In this document: piece after piece, positions 38,581 to 51,432 of the stretch
Layout of the letters: every line of letters starts with the position of its first letter
Numbering within the stretch: position 1 is the stretch's first letter
The notes under the pieces: generated by a model
Told to the model about the DNA's origin: nothing
What the model saw: the letters and a program-made list of their open reading frames with translations, nothing else
The model's database searches: none
Translations under genes and position numbers: made by a program
Source: Octopus sinensis
Taxonomy: Eukaryota
Assembly (NCBI RefSeq): GCF_006345805.1
Contig: NC_042997.1
Location: forward strand, 81,034,001 to 81,098,000
Length of the DNA stretch: 64,000 nucleotides
Direction of reading: 5' to 3'

Positions 38581-39202
38581 AATCAAATGAGTCCTCTACA
38601 AACCAAAGTATGAACAAACACTGCCAATTCTTCTGGCAGAAACAATAACAGCTGTAGATACAGTGACAGAACCAATGACACTGCCACCACCACCTCAGTG
38701 GATAACTTTAGCGAGGTCACCAACAACAGCATCAACAACACCCCCAGCAGCACCATCACTAACATTGGCTACAGGAACATCACCTTCAACACCAGCCTTA
38801 CCATCAGCTTCCCTGATGTCACAGTAGCAGACCGGCAGAAAGAGGAAGAGAAAATGAAAAGAAGAGGAGAAAATGATAAAAAGTGTAAGGAAGTGAAAAT
38901 AAATGTGAAAAAGGGAGTGTTAGTTGGTGGTGGGGGGATGGGAGGGGTGTAGGGGAGGGGTAAGAAGATATAAGAATGTGTGAGGTGTGTGAGGAGGGGG
39001 TGATATGTTAGAATGGCGTTAAGGGATGGGCACAGAAAAAGGTATAAGAACTGGGGTTCTAAAGTGAGTAGTAAACCACAAATTGGAAGGGAAGAATACT
39101 AAGAATGGTCAAGTTTCTATAAATAGACTTATGTGTTTATTCTACTGGCTAATGTGATATTGTGGGTAGGGGAATCAGTGGGAAATCTACATTATAGAGC
39201 AG

Positions 39203-39234
39203 TTTGGTAGACGGAAACTGAAAGAAGCCCATCG

Positions 39235-39267
<33 letters not shown>

Positions 39268-39710
39268 GTTTATATGTATGTGTGTGTATATGTTTGTGTG
39301 TCTCTGTTTGTCCCCCCAACCGATGCTGTAACTTAGCGGTTCAGCAAAAGAGACCGATAGAATAAGTACTAGGCTTACAAAGAATAAGTCCTGGGGTCGA
39401 TTTGCTTGACTAAAGGTGGTGCTCCAGCATGGCCCCAGTCAAATGACTGAAACAAGTAAAAGAGTAATATATACACATATTTTTTCTTTTATCTTTGCTT
39501 TTATTTGCTTCAATCTGCAGCTATACTGGGACACCACTTTCAAGGGTTTAATTGAACATATCGAACCCAGGACTACTTTTTTAAAGCTTGGTGATTATTC
39601 TATTGATCTCTTTTGCCAAATTCCTAAGTTATGGGAACATAAACACACCAATACCAGTTGTCAAGTGGTGATGGGGAGACAAACACAGACACAAAGACAC
39701 ACACCTAGAT
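39203..39710. mobile_element. Two Meta-type SINE fragments, tail to tail (39203-39467 plus; 39480-39710 minus)
   Basis: Both align to the 34063-34485 copy. Confidence 0.8.
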
Positions 39711-39774
39711 ATATACATACATACATACATACATACATACATACATACATACATACATACATACATACATACAT

Positions 39775-40545
39775 GTATTTCGATGTATTTTTCAGAGTTT
39801 ATGGTTCCAAAACATCGAATCAGCTCAGAATGACCATTGCTGATGACAGCTCCCCATACCATTACAGAGATACCGCCATGTTTCACAGTTGGTTGGAGTT
39901 GTTTCAAATCAAATTCTTGATTGGGAAGCCTCCAGACCCAAACATGTCCACTGTCTGAAAATTATGCAAATCTGGATTCATTAGAGAAAATCACTCTATC
40001 CCAAAATGAACTGGATTTTTCTGACACCTCCTTAGTCCATTTCTTTCTATTCATGATATTAATTGGTTGAAGGAGAGGTTTTCTTCTAGCTGCTTGTCCA
40101 TAATACCCAAGCTTATGCAGATATATAACAGACATTCTTGGACTAACTTCTAGCTGTTTTGCAATGTCAGAAGCCTTCAAATGGGGTTCGTTTTCCACAA
40201 TTCTCTTCAAACAATGAAGCTTCCTTTCTGAGGGCCCAGGTCGGCCGGGACGAAAATCTGTTGATTCTTTTCCTTGGCTTTTGAATTGCACTATAATTCT
40301 ATGAACAGTAGCAAGAGGAATTTGAGGATTTTTGGCAATTTTTCACTGGCCAAGACCAGCCTCAGATTGCCCAACAATATGATCTCTTTGAAAATCTGAC
40401 AGTGGTGCTGATTTTTTTGTGGGTGGCATGGTTACTCTTCGCAAATGTTTAATATAATGGCACCTGGAATGAAAAAGAATAATTACATTGTAAATTATAC
40501 ACCGCTGAAAACATATTAAGACGCTTAAATCAGAAATTTCGAAAA
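39775..40545 (-). mobile_element. Tc1 (DD34E family) 5' half, inverted
   Basis: MPPTKKSAPLSDFQRDHIVG...GRPG...RRKPLL...[21 protein letters not shown]...[13 protein letters not shown]; truncated at (ATAC)n. Confidence 0.88.
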
Positions 40546-41136
40546 TTATATATGTGTGTGTGTGTGCGTGCATGTACATATATGTACCTATGCATATATG
40601 TGACAAAATCATACAACATAAGTTCCTGATTTATTAGAATCATTTCTGCCTTTAGGAGATGTATCACAATTGGTAAATGGCAATTGAAACCAGCTCCATA
40701 TAATAAGGGCGATTTATTGCAATCAAGACAAATACAAGTATTTGCAACATCTGTATTTGCTTATGTTACTCATATACAAACCCCTGGCCACTGTTTTATT
40801 TCTCATTGCTCAATTTTGTTTAAATTATGCAAATTGCCTACCTATTCTTACCTACCTACCCACATACATATATACATAAACACATACATACATGCATATA
40901 TACATACATCAGGTGTTTAACCTCTAAGGTGGTGAAACACCTGGTGTCCTCACTTCTAAATGGAACTGAGGGTGAGTTATTGTGCCTGTCTATAAACCTG
41001 AGGTGTTTTAACACCGGGTACTCCGAGAGTGTATATACTCCACCACGCTATTGCAGCCACCAGAAAATACATGAAGCATATACAGTAAGTATATGCAGTT
41101 AATAATATTTATTATACTAGAGCTGCTTTATTTCAT

Positions 41137-41208
<72 letters not shown>

Positions 41209-41400
41209 GAGTGTATTTTTACCTTGTTAACAATTAACACGGAAAAAATAAATAAATAGTTACCAGGGCAGCAAAAATCTCACAAGTAAAGGTGTTGTAA
41301 CTCCTTGTTTATAAAGGTAGAAACTTCGTTTTTACGTTGAATATTTTGAATAATATGAATTAAAAAAATGGAGTTAACGCAGGTGTAATCAAATATTTTT

Positions 41401-41486
41401 ACTTTTGACACATGTTTCGAAAATTCCACTGATACTATTCAAAAGAATAAATGGTATAAACAATGCAATCTTCTCCTCAGGAAAGT
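41401..41486 (-). ncRNA. Type-I hammerhead ribozyme with an intact catalytic core
   Basis: ACUUUC CUGAGGA GAAGAU...AUUUUC GAAA CAUGU GUC AAAAGU: 5-bp stem I, 6-bp stem II with G10.1-C11.1, palindromic stem III ACAUGU, GUC triplet. Predicted cleavage between 41407 and 41406. Confidence 0.8.
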
Positions 41487-41687
41487 GAAAAAAACGAAAC
41501 TCATCAATACAACATTTTAGCAAAAAATGATGGATTTGTATAGCGATAGACAGAACGCTATTAATATTGTTTAAAAAAACGTTATATGATATAACGTCAT
41601 AAGTAGCTAACAGAAAGAGTAGGGATATTAATAGTGAATGTTAAATATAAAGGAAATTAAAGTTTAAATTATATATAATGATAGAGA

Positions 41688-42212
41688 CTACTTATATGCA
41701 CTAAATGTATGTTTTTGCCACTGCTTACATCTGTATGCTCGCTCTATAACCGTGTTTACTAGAGTATTTTTAGAAAAAATAATGAAAAATAGCTCAGAAT
41801 TGCAGAGAAGACAGAATTTCTTGCCTTTGTCATATGGTATCGAAATTGAGAGAATCAACCATTCTAAATGAAACTGTTCATTGTGGTCTTTTAAATCCCA
41901 AATCAGTTTGCTGAGACCGGTACTATTCCGTTTATTTCTATCCCTAAATGTTGAGTAATGGATAGAAATTCTTTTAGATAACTCTAACGATGTGCTTCCA
42001 ATGTAAAATCGTACTTTATTACGAGTACTGATTATACACTGGTATATAGAATTTTTAATCTTATAGTTACTTGACATAAACTTAATTCTATTGGAATTGA
42101 CTTCAAATACAATAACCTTGTTATTAATATTTCTAGAGGATTGGATGGTATTAGCTAAATTAATGTTAGTATTAGTAAATGTATTAATATTTAACAGTTT
42201 GTTATTATGAGA
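41688..42212 (-). CDS. PLE GIY-YIG endonuclease domain, 5'-truncated and uninterrupted (about 174 codons)
   Basis: SHNNKLL...NSIYQC...FYIG...STGLSKLIWDLKD...W.IL...Y.KG.K.CLLCNSE; no stop from the junction at 42212 to the stop at 41688. Confidence 0.8.
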   Translation of the reverse strand, partial: SHNNKLLNINTFTNTNINLANTIQSSRNINNKVIVFEVNSNRIKFMSSNYKIKNSIYQCIISTRNKVRFYIGSTSLELSKRISIHYSTFRDRNKRNSTGLSKLIWDLKDHNEQFHLEWLILSISIPYDKGKKFCLLCNSELFFIIFSKNTLVNTVIERAYRCKQWQKHTFSAYK

Positions 42213-42919
42213 TCATTTTGGGATAGAGTGATTTTCTCTGATGAATCCAGATTTGCATAATTTTCAGACAGTGGACATGTTTGGGTTTGGAGGCTTCCCA
42301 ATCAAGAATTTGATTTGAAACAACTCCAACCAACTGTGAAACATGGCGGTATCTCTGTAATGGTATAGGGAGCTATCACCAGCAATGGTCATTCTGAGCT
42401 GATTCAATGTTTTGGAACCATAAACTCTGAAAAATACATCGAAATACTTAAGCAAGGACTACTCCTGATGTATTCACACGATAACATAATGAAATATGAG
42501 TTATTATTCATGGAAGATGGGGCTCCATGCCACACAGTGAAAAGAAATCAACAATGGCTGACTGAAAATGGAATCAAAAAGTTTCCTTGGTCGAGCCAAT
42601 CTCCTGACATGAACCTGACTGAAAATCTTTGGAGCATACTAGATAGAGCTATACGAAAAACTCGACAGAAACCTAAATCTAAAGATGAACTGTTTTGATT
42701 GTTGTGTGAAAAGTAGGCAGAAATTCCACAAGAGACAATCACAAAGCTCATCAGTTCAATGCCAAAAAGAGTTTCTGAATTAAAAACTGCAAAGGGAATG
42801 TCAACTAAATACTAAAGTATGTAGTCCTACCTATCGATTACATTTCAATTGTTTGCTTTGCATATTAAATAAAAGATTTTGAAAATTAAAGGTGTCTATT
42901 TACTTCCTGCTTGTCTGTG
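42213..42919 (+). mobile_element. Tc1 DD34E 3' half with right TIR
   Basis: VIFSDESRFA*...FMEDGAPCH-(34 aa)-E; TIR-like end ggtgtctatttacttcctgcttgtctgtg followed by TA. Confidence 0.88.
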
Positions 42920-42991
42920 TATGTATATATATATATGTATACATGCACACACACACACACATATATACACATACATACATATATATATATC

Positions 42992-44258
42992 TTGGGTCAT
43001 CCCATAAATATTGCAGTTTTTCAATTGCGTGAAAAGTCAGAGAGGGACAGGATAGACTACCTGCATCAATTTGCTATAAAAACAGGTAGTAATTTTACTT
43101 TGTCCTTATTCTTAATGCAAGTTTTGAAGAGTGCAGTTCCATTTTAACAGTTATTTTTTCAAAGCTATAATGGAAGTGACAAAGGAGCACATTCAGCATA
43201 TTTTGCTTTATGCATTCAATAAAGGCAACAATGCAATGGAAATTGTGAGGAATATTAATGCAGTATATGGAGATCAGACAATAAGTGTAAGCCAGTGTCA
43301 ACAGTGGTTCCAAAAATTCCCAGCCAGAAACTACAGCCTAGAAGATGAGCTTCACCTTGGAAGATCTGTAGAGCTCAATGAGGACGTCCTGCAAGCTCTG
43401 GTGAAACAAAATCCCATTGTAACTGTTGAAGAACTAGCAGAGAAGCTTGGATTTAATCTTTCAACCATTCATCGACACCTGTGTGCCATCAGAAAAGTCA
43501 ACAAATTGGGTCAATGAGTTCCTCGCAAACTTTCCAAGTCTAATCACACACAAACAGTGAATATATGCTCTTCTTTGCTGTCACATCTCACAAATGACCT
43601 GTTTTTGGACCAAATAGTGACTGGTGATGAGAAATGGGTTCTCTATAAAAATGTCAAGTGCCGAAGACAGTGGGTAGGAAAAGGTGAAACACCAATACCC
43701 TAAACTAAAGAAGGTCTTTATTCACATAAGGTGTTGTTATCTGTTTAGTGGGATATGAAAGGATTAGCCCACTTTGAACTTTTAAACCCAAACCAGACAA
43801 TAACAAAGGTGATCTACTGTGAGCAGCTTGAGCAACTTAAGTCAGCACTAGAAGAAAAATGATCATCTTTGTTTTCAAGATGAAAGGTGTTAATGCTCAG
43901 CCATATACAGTGAGGATGACATTCCAAAGGCTGGAGCAGTTTGAATGGGAAACAATGCTCCACCTACCATATTTGCCAGACATTACCCTATCTGTTTATC
44001 ATTTATTATGCAGTCTTCAAAATCATTTGGATGGAAAATGTGAATTCTGTAGATGAGATCAGAACAGTACTGGAGGAGTATTTTTCATCATGGACAAGTG
44101 AATTTTGGAAGAGGGGTCTTGCAAATCTACCAGAGAGATGGAAGAGCATTGTAGAAAATGAAAGAGAGTATATTTTAGATTAAAAAAGAACTTTGTTTAT
44201 CTTAATTTTAAGAAATAAAAGAAGTATAAAAAACCTGCATTATTTATGAGATGACCCA

Positions 44259-44259
<1 letters not shown>
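42992..44259 (+). mobile_element. Mariner (DD34D family, mellifera-like) full-length dead copy
   Basis: TIRs TTGGGTCATC(C/T)CATAAATA at both ends, TA at 44260-44261; MEVTKEHIQHILLYAF...*VP..L...IVTGDEKW...PYLPDITLS; several stops and frameshifts. Confidence 0.9.
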
Positions 44260-44305
<46 letters not shown>

Positions 44306-44524
44306 CACACACACATATCATTATCATCATAGTCATCATCATGATGTTAGCATCTATTTCTCAATGTTTACATGAGTTAGATGAATTTGATGAAGCATAT
44401 TATCTATGCATATGTTCTTCCTATCACTAAAACTCATCAATTTCCAAGCAAGGTGGAAATTAATCATGATGACTGAATATGTTTTCATGAAATAGTGTCA
44501 ATAATGCTTTTTCCCATTTATATA

Positions 44525-45483
44525 TTATCATCATCATCCTCAACAACATTTAACATTTGTTTTCCATACTGGTACGGGTTGGACAGCTAAACAAGAACTG
44601 GCAAGGCTAGGGGCTGCACCAGGCTTCATAGTTAGTTTTGGCTTGATTTCTACAGCTGGTTTCCCTTCCAAATGTAAACCACTTTACAGAGTGTACTGGA
44701 TACTTTTTTACGTAGCACTATCATGTGTGCTTTTTACATGGCACCAACACCAGTGCTTTTTATGTGGCACCTTAGTTTTAAGATCTCCTTTCTGTTGTGG
44801 TGGGAGGGTTTTGTATATGTGTGTGCATACATACACACACACATATATTTAAAACTTTATGGTCTTCTTTCTGTTTCTATCCATCAAATCCTTTCAGAGT
44901 TTGTGGTTGGCCTGGCACTATAATCGTACAAGACATTGTACAGCACAGAGTGACACACAGTGTAACTGAAATTGACACCATGCAATTACACTCTTCTCAA
45001 CAGCACAGTTAGTTTGTATTAACATCTTTGTGATCAGAATGCAATCAGAAAAAATGGTATTCCATATGCAAGGTAATATATAAAGTAATAATAAGAGCAA
45101 TAGAAAAACTGGGTTTTCAGCAAGTGTTTACTCTGAGTTTCATGTTTCTGCTTTTCAGAACATTTCAGGTGGAAAGTCATTTTGAAAAGCAGAAATTAAA
45201 AACTCAGAGTATATGACCATTGAAGACCTAGTTCTGCTGTTGTAACTAAAGAAGCTTCATGAAGCCAAGTGAAATTGTAGTCTAGGCCGTTGCCGATGCT
45301 GGTGGCATATAATAAGTATCCATTACACTCTTGGGCTGGTAGGCATCAGGAAGGGCATCCAGACATAGAAACCATGCCAAACCAGACTGGAACCTGGTGG
45401 TGTCCTCCGGCTTACCAGTTCCAGTCAAACCATCTAAACTATGCCAGCATGGAAAGCAGATGTTAAATGATAATGATGAGGAT
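44525..45483. mobile_element. Cluster of decayed SINE/RTE-tail fragments (RTE tail minus 44525-44790; Meta head minus about 44860-45010; RTE tail plus 45215-45483)
   Basis: By-eye alignment to intact copies in this window. Confidence 0.55.
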
Positions 45484-45971
45484 AATACAAACACACACAC
45501 ACACAATATACATAGTACGTTGATAGGGTGTCCTCATGAAGCACATCTGCATATTCCAGTACACCAAAATCGTATGTAGTTGTTATATTTGTGTGAGGAA
45601 AAATGTTTAGCGTTATATGTTTCCAATTTGTGCAAGACAGAAGATTGGAAACATTTTTGATATTATTTATTTCCCATCTCACTTATTTCCTTTACTAATA
45701 GGAGTTACAAAAGTGTACATCTAGAAGAAATATGTAAGATATTTCCTATTTGAAATTCTTCAGATAGAGAATCAAAAGGATACAAAATTTACATTTGGAT
45801 GAAGTTTTAATTTATAATCAGTAATAATCAGGAGACTTATATAGGATCCCTGATTATATATATATGAGTGAACAAATATATATATATATTATATATATAT
45901 ATATATTATATATATATATATAATATATATATATATTATATATATATATTATATATATATATATATATATA

Positions 45972-47712
45972 TCATCATCATCATCATCATCATCATCGTT
46001 TAACGTCCGTTCTCCATGCTAGCATGGGTTGGACGGTTCAACTGGGGATCTGGGAAGCCAGAAGGCTGCCCCAGGCTCCGGTCTTATCTGGCAATGTTTC
46101 TACAGCTGGATGCCCTTCCTAACGCCAACCACTCCGTGAGTGTAGTGGGTGCTTTTTACGTGCCAACTGCACTGGAGCCAGGCAAGGCTGGCATCAGCCA
46201 CGGTCGGATTGGTGCATTTTACGTGCCACCTGCACGGAAGCCAGTCGAGGCGGCACTGGCTTCGACCACGATTCAGACGGTGCTTTTTACGTGCCACCGA
46301 CACGGAAGCCAGTTGAGGCGGCGCTGGCATCGGCCACGATGCGGATAGTGCTTTTTACGTATCTCCAGTCCAGGGGTCCTGGTATCTGCCAGGTGACAGT
46401 CTTAGGATTGGTTCAATTTCGATTCCGATTTCGATTTCGATTTCACTTGCCCCAACAGGTCTTCGCAAGCAAAGGGAGGTAGGCATAGGTGCCTGTCGTC
46501 GGATGAGGTTCGATATCGATTTCGCTTGCCTCAACAGGTCTTTGTGTGTCCAAGGGAGGAAAGGCATGCATAAGTGGGCTGGACTCACTTGTCCTGCCTG
46601 GTTTTTTCACACACAGCATATTTCCAAAGGTCTCGGTCGCAGGTCATTTCCTCAGTGAGACCTAAAGTTCGAAGGTTATGCTTCACCACCTCGTCCCAAG
46701 TTTTCCTGGGTCTACCTCTTCCATGGGTTCCCTCCACTGCTAGGGATTGGCACTTTTTCACATGCCTATCTTCATCCATTCTCGCCACATGACCATACCA
46801 GCGCAATCGTCTCTCTTGCACACCACAACTGATGCTCCTTAAGTCCAACATTTCTCTCAGGGTACTAACGCTCTGTCGAGCATGCACACTGACATTACAC
46901 ATCCATCGGAGCATACTGGCTTCATTTCTCGCGAGCTTACACATGTCCTCAGCAGTCACGACCCATGTTTCACTGCCATGTAGCATGGCTGTTCGTACAC
47001 ATGCATCATACAGTCTGCCTTTTACTCTGAGCGAGAGGCCTTTAGTCACCAGCAGAGGTAAGAGCTCTCTAAACTTTGCCCAGGCTATTCTTACTCTAGC
47101 CGTTACACTTTCAGCACACCCACCCCCACTACTGACTTGGTCACCAAGATAACGGAAGCTATCAACTACTTCTAGTTTTACCCCCTGGAAAGTGACGGAA
47201 GTTGTTTTCTGCAGATTTTCAGAGGTTAATGCTCCCGAGCATCTGCCACACACAAAAACTATCTTCCTAGTTAGCCTTCTTTGATATTGCTGCACCTCTT
47301 ATGTGTCCATAGCTTACACTGGGTACATCTTATAGAGTTTCTACCTACACCTTTTCTACAGATCAAGCAGGGCCATCTTCCTGAAGACATTTGTGGATTG
47401 TCTACCTTCCTACTTATTAGTACTTTGGTTTTAGCTAGGTTGACTCTAAGGCCCCTCGATTCTAGACCCTCCTTCCACACCTGGAACTTCTCCTCCAGTT
47501 CTGTTAGTGATTCAGCAATTAGAGCAAGGTCGTCAGTATATAGGAGCTCCCAGGGGCATCCTGTCTTGAATTCTTCCGTTATTGCCTGGAGGACTATGAT
47601 AAATAGGAGGGGACTGAGGACTGAACCTTGGTGGACCCCAACCTCTACCCAGAATTCTTCACTGTACTCATTGCCAACCCTCACCTTACTAGCAGCGTCT
47701 CTGTACATGGCT
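45972..47712 (-). mobile_element. 5'-truncated RTE LINE
   Basis: ORFs 47271-47708 and 46585-47295 (frameshift inside the PHD segment), modular 3'UTR, (GAT)n tail against (TA)n. Confidence 0.95.
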
Positions 47713-47723
47713 CACACATATAT

Positions 47724-48253
47724 CATCATCATCATCATCATCATCATTTAACGTCCGCTTTCCATGCTAGCATGGGTTGGACGGTTCAACTGGGGTCTGG
47801 GGAGCCCGAAGGCTGCACCAGGCCAGTCAGATCTGGCAGTGTTTCTACAGCTGGATGCCCTTCCTAACGCCAACCACTCCGAGAGTGTAGTGGGTGATTT
47901 TATGTGCCACCGACACAGGTGCCAGACGAGGCTGGTGAACGACCACGCTCGGATGGTGTTTTTTATGTGCCACCGACACAGGTGCCAGACGAGGCTGGCA
48001 GACGGCCACGCTCGGATGGTGTTTTTATGTGCTACCGACACAGGTGCCAGATGAGGCTGGCGAATGGCCACGATCGGATGGTGTTTGTTACGTGCCCACA
48101 GCATGGAGGCCAGTTGATGCGGTACTGGCTACGGCCACGTTCGGATGGTTTTCTGGTGTGCCACCAGCACTGGTACCACAAAGATACAAATTCCATTGAT
48201 GTTCATCTATTTTGATTTGTTTTGATTTTGATTTTGATTTTGATTTTGATTTT
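47724..48253 (-). mobile_element. RTE 3'UTR-only copy
   Basis: Tail, tandem UTR modules and (GATTTT)n; no coding sequence. Confidence 0.88.
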
Positions 48254-48479
48254 TATATATATACATACACATACATATATGTGAATGAAGAAATAAAAAA
48301 TAGAAGCACTCAATAGAATTAGTAGAAGTTACATGTATTATTATTTAAAACAGTTTGATTCAGCTCCATATGACATAAAGTTTCATGGGCTTCTAACAGG
48401 AACCATTCCATAATCTAAGCCTGAAAGAGATGGGCATCTGTTAGAGGCCTACAAAACTCTAGCTGAATCAAAATAATAA

Positions 48480-48487
48480 TGATGACA

Positions 48488-48552
<65 letters not shown>

Positions 48553-48580
48553 AATAATAATAATAATAATAATGATGATA
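48480..48580. repeat. (GAT)n/(AAT)n microsatellite
   Basis: Directly visible. Confidence 0.95.
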
Positions 48581-49374
48581 TATATATACACACCTACACT
48601 CACTCATTTATATAAATACACGCATACACTCACATATATACTTGTCAATATATATATATGCACATAAGAACATTTGTAGAGGTGTATGTATGCATAAGTG
48701 TAAGTGTGAATATGTATGCATATGTGTAAATATTTTACTATAACAAAAGAATATCTTCTCTTCCTAAATTAGATTTAAGCAAGAGTATCTCAAATCAACA
48801 TTAGAAAATATTTGCTGTAAGAAAATAACGATTATTATTACTGTTGTTGTTGCTTTATTTCTTTTTTCTTTTTTTTTAGGCAATATTTTTTTTCAAAAGT
48901 GTCCACGTATATTATTTTTGTTTTTACATTTATAAAAAAAAAAAATGGAATATCATCAAAGAACATGATTCCAACAGGAAATTAAAGATTTCATTTGATG
49001 AAATGGAGCAAACAAAACAGTTTGAAAGGAAATAAACAGAGAGCATTGGGGATCAACTAATGACACTTGGAATTGAGATTTCTTTGTCCTACTGGTTTAT
49101 ATAGCAATTGTACATATTTTCCTGAACTGGTACTGAGCTAGTGAATTGATAGATGGAATGTGGTGTGGGAGATAAATGTTTATGTAGGGATATGTGGATG
49201 AATAGATACATATGTCTATGTGTATGTGCACATGTATGTGTGCATATATGCACATACATCCATATACATGTATGCATATCTATATGTATGCATATCTGTA
49301 TATGCATACACACATATGTGTATGCATATATGTATGCATATGTCTATGCATATATAGATGTTCATATAACCATA

Positions 49375-50433
49375 TAAGGTGTCCCCAAAAAAGTTAACAG
49401 CTGATTTTCATTTCACTTTAGAATTAAGCTATTAGAAATAATCTTTTCTATTCTAGGCACAAGGCCCAAAATTTTGGGAGAGGGGACCAGTCAATTAGAT
49501 CAACCCCAGTGCACAACTGGTACTTAGTTCATCGACCCTGAAAGGATGAAAGGCAAAGTTGACCTTGGAGGAATTTGAACTCAGAGTGTAAAGACAGACG
49601 AAATACCGTTAAGCATTTCACCTAGCGTGCTAATGTTTCTGCCAGCTCGCTGCCTTAAGTCATTAGAAATACTGAAAGAAACCAAACTAAGCTGTGAATA
49701 AAGGAAATTTTCCCTAAAGTGCTAAAGTGCTACTAGAAGTGTGAAAATGTCTTTGAAGTGCAAAGACAGTTTAAGTGGGAGTTTGAAACATATCCACCTA
49801 TGCAACTCACCATCATTTGAATAAGTAATAAGTTTGAAGCAGATGAAAGTGTTCATAATGTCCACAAGAAATGTTCTTGAAGCCCCACAAAGCAAGAAAG
49901 GGTACTATGAATCAAGAGTCCATTACATTTTGAAGCACTGTCATTGGAAAATTTACATTGCAAGAATCATCTATGCTCTCAGTGAAGATGATCCAAACTG
50001 AAGAATGGAATGGTGTGAGTGGTACTTGGCAAGATGTGTAGAAGATGCACCACCATCCAACAAAGATTGTTTGAAGTAATAAGGCTACTTTTAAATTTGA
50101 TGGCTTGATTAATTGCCACAATTGCACCTACTGGGAACCTGAGAACCCACATATAATGGAAGAATATATTAATTTACCAGAAGTTACAGTGTAAGTGTGG
50201 CATATCTTCAAAAGGATTAAGTGAACCATTCTTTTTTATGGTATTGTGACTGGTTCCATTTGCTTGAGCCTGCTTTGACAATCTGTCATGTCAAAGATTG
50301 GTTATTTCTAGTAGAGTCTCCCTCTTTGGTTCGCCAACAGCTGTTGCTTAACTTCAGTTTAGTCCTGATTAAGCAACTGAATTGTGTTCTAGTTGTAACC
50401 ATCTAATTTTCCCCTTTTTTGGCTGACACAGTG
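49375..50433 (+). mobile_element. Internally deleted Tc1/mariner element (rosa/DD41D-like), interrupted by a SINE
   Basis: EDDPN*RMEWCEW...[26 protein letters not shown]...NLPEVTV.CGISSKGL.EPFFF; imperfect TIRs (aggtgtccccaaaaaag / cttttttggctgacacagtg) with TA. Family assignment is by motif style only; the third catalytic residue is absent. Confidence 0.55.
49445..49655 (-). mobile_element. Full-length Nin/Deu-like SINE
   Basis: Head reverse complement aaggcagcgagctggcagaaacattagcacg...gagttcaaattcc plus the central domain. Confidence 0.85.
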
Positions 50434-50839
50434 TACATCTATGTTTACATTATCCAATGCATCTGTCCTGTTTTTATGTGTATAATATGAAGAAAGTTTG
50501 GTTGCTATTTCTAGCAAGTTGAGCAACTGTATAGAATTCATGAGTACTAGTTATCTACCACTTGCTGATCTGTCACACATTCCTATGTCAAGCCAGACAT
50601 CAATCTCAAAAAGTCTCTTCTACTACTGCTGCTGCTGCTGCTGCTATTTAATGTGTGTGTATGTAATTTAGGTTACTGCTGTGTAGATCAGTTCTGACTG
50701 AGCAGCCCTATAAGTGAAGGCATTCCAGTCTGCAGTGTCTGGTCCAGTGTCAGCCCCTCTTTTAAAGCATCTTAATATGTAATTTAGGGTAGGTTTGGTT
50801 ACTGTGTCTAGCAAAGTGAAATACTGTTGTTTGTTTGTG

Positions 50840-50903
<64 letters not shown>

Positions 50904-51165
50904 TACCTGGAAATAAATGGTTACAGGTGCAATGGAAAGAGGAAGTCTGTTATGATGTCAGTTGTGATAGTTTTCTATAAGTAGTAAATAACTTCTGCTA
51001 AATTAAAATTAAAACTTTTAACCCAGGTGATGTATTATCATTACTAGGGCTAGAGGTAGTGGTCTGAGGGCTGGTATTTAGATTAAGGTATCAATTGACT
51101 TAAAGCAATTCAGAGAAATATAGGTTTACTTATCATTGATGAGATAGTAAGCAGATAATATACAT

Positions 51166-51343
51166 AAGCACAGAGGCATAGCTGTGTGATAAGAAGTTTG
51201 TTTCTCAACCACATCGTTCCGGGTTCAGTCCCACTGTGTGGCACCTTGGACAAGTGCCTTCAACTATAGCTTCTGGCTGACTGAAGCCTTGTGACCAGAT
51301 TTGGCAGAAAAAAACCTAAAAGAAGTCAGTCATACGTGTGTGT

Positions 51344-51432
<89 letters not shown>

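Larger units (their letters stand above)
41201..42212 (-). mobile_element. Young 5'-truncated Penelope-like element (GIY-YIG ORF plus terminal repeat with hammerhead)
   Basis: Open frame 42212-41688 plus an intact hammerhead at 41401-41486; the 3' end abuts (TA)n at 41141-41200. Confidence 0.85.

Noticed and set aside
38591-38826. Thr/Pro/Ser-rich open frame (mucin-like)
   Set aside because: No splice signals; lies antisense and adjacent to a PLE remnant, and low-complexity (CAA/CCA) sequence explains the lack of stops.
40656-40672. 17-nt microexon candidate (ctttAG...TG|GTAAAT)
   Set aside because: Unsupported, and lies within the segment inferred to be rearranged between the Tc1 halves.
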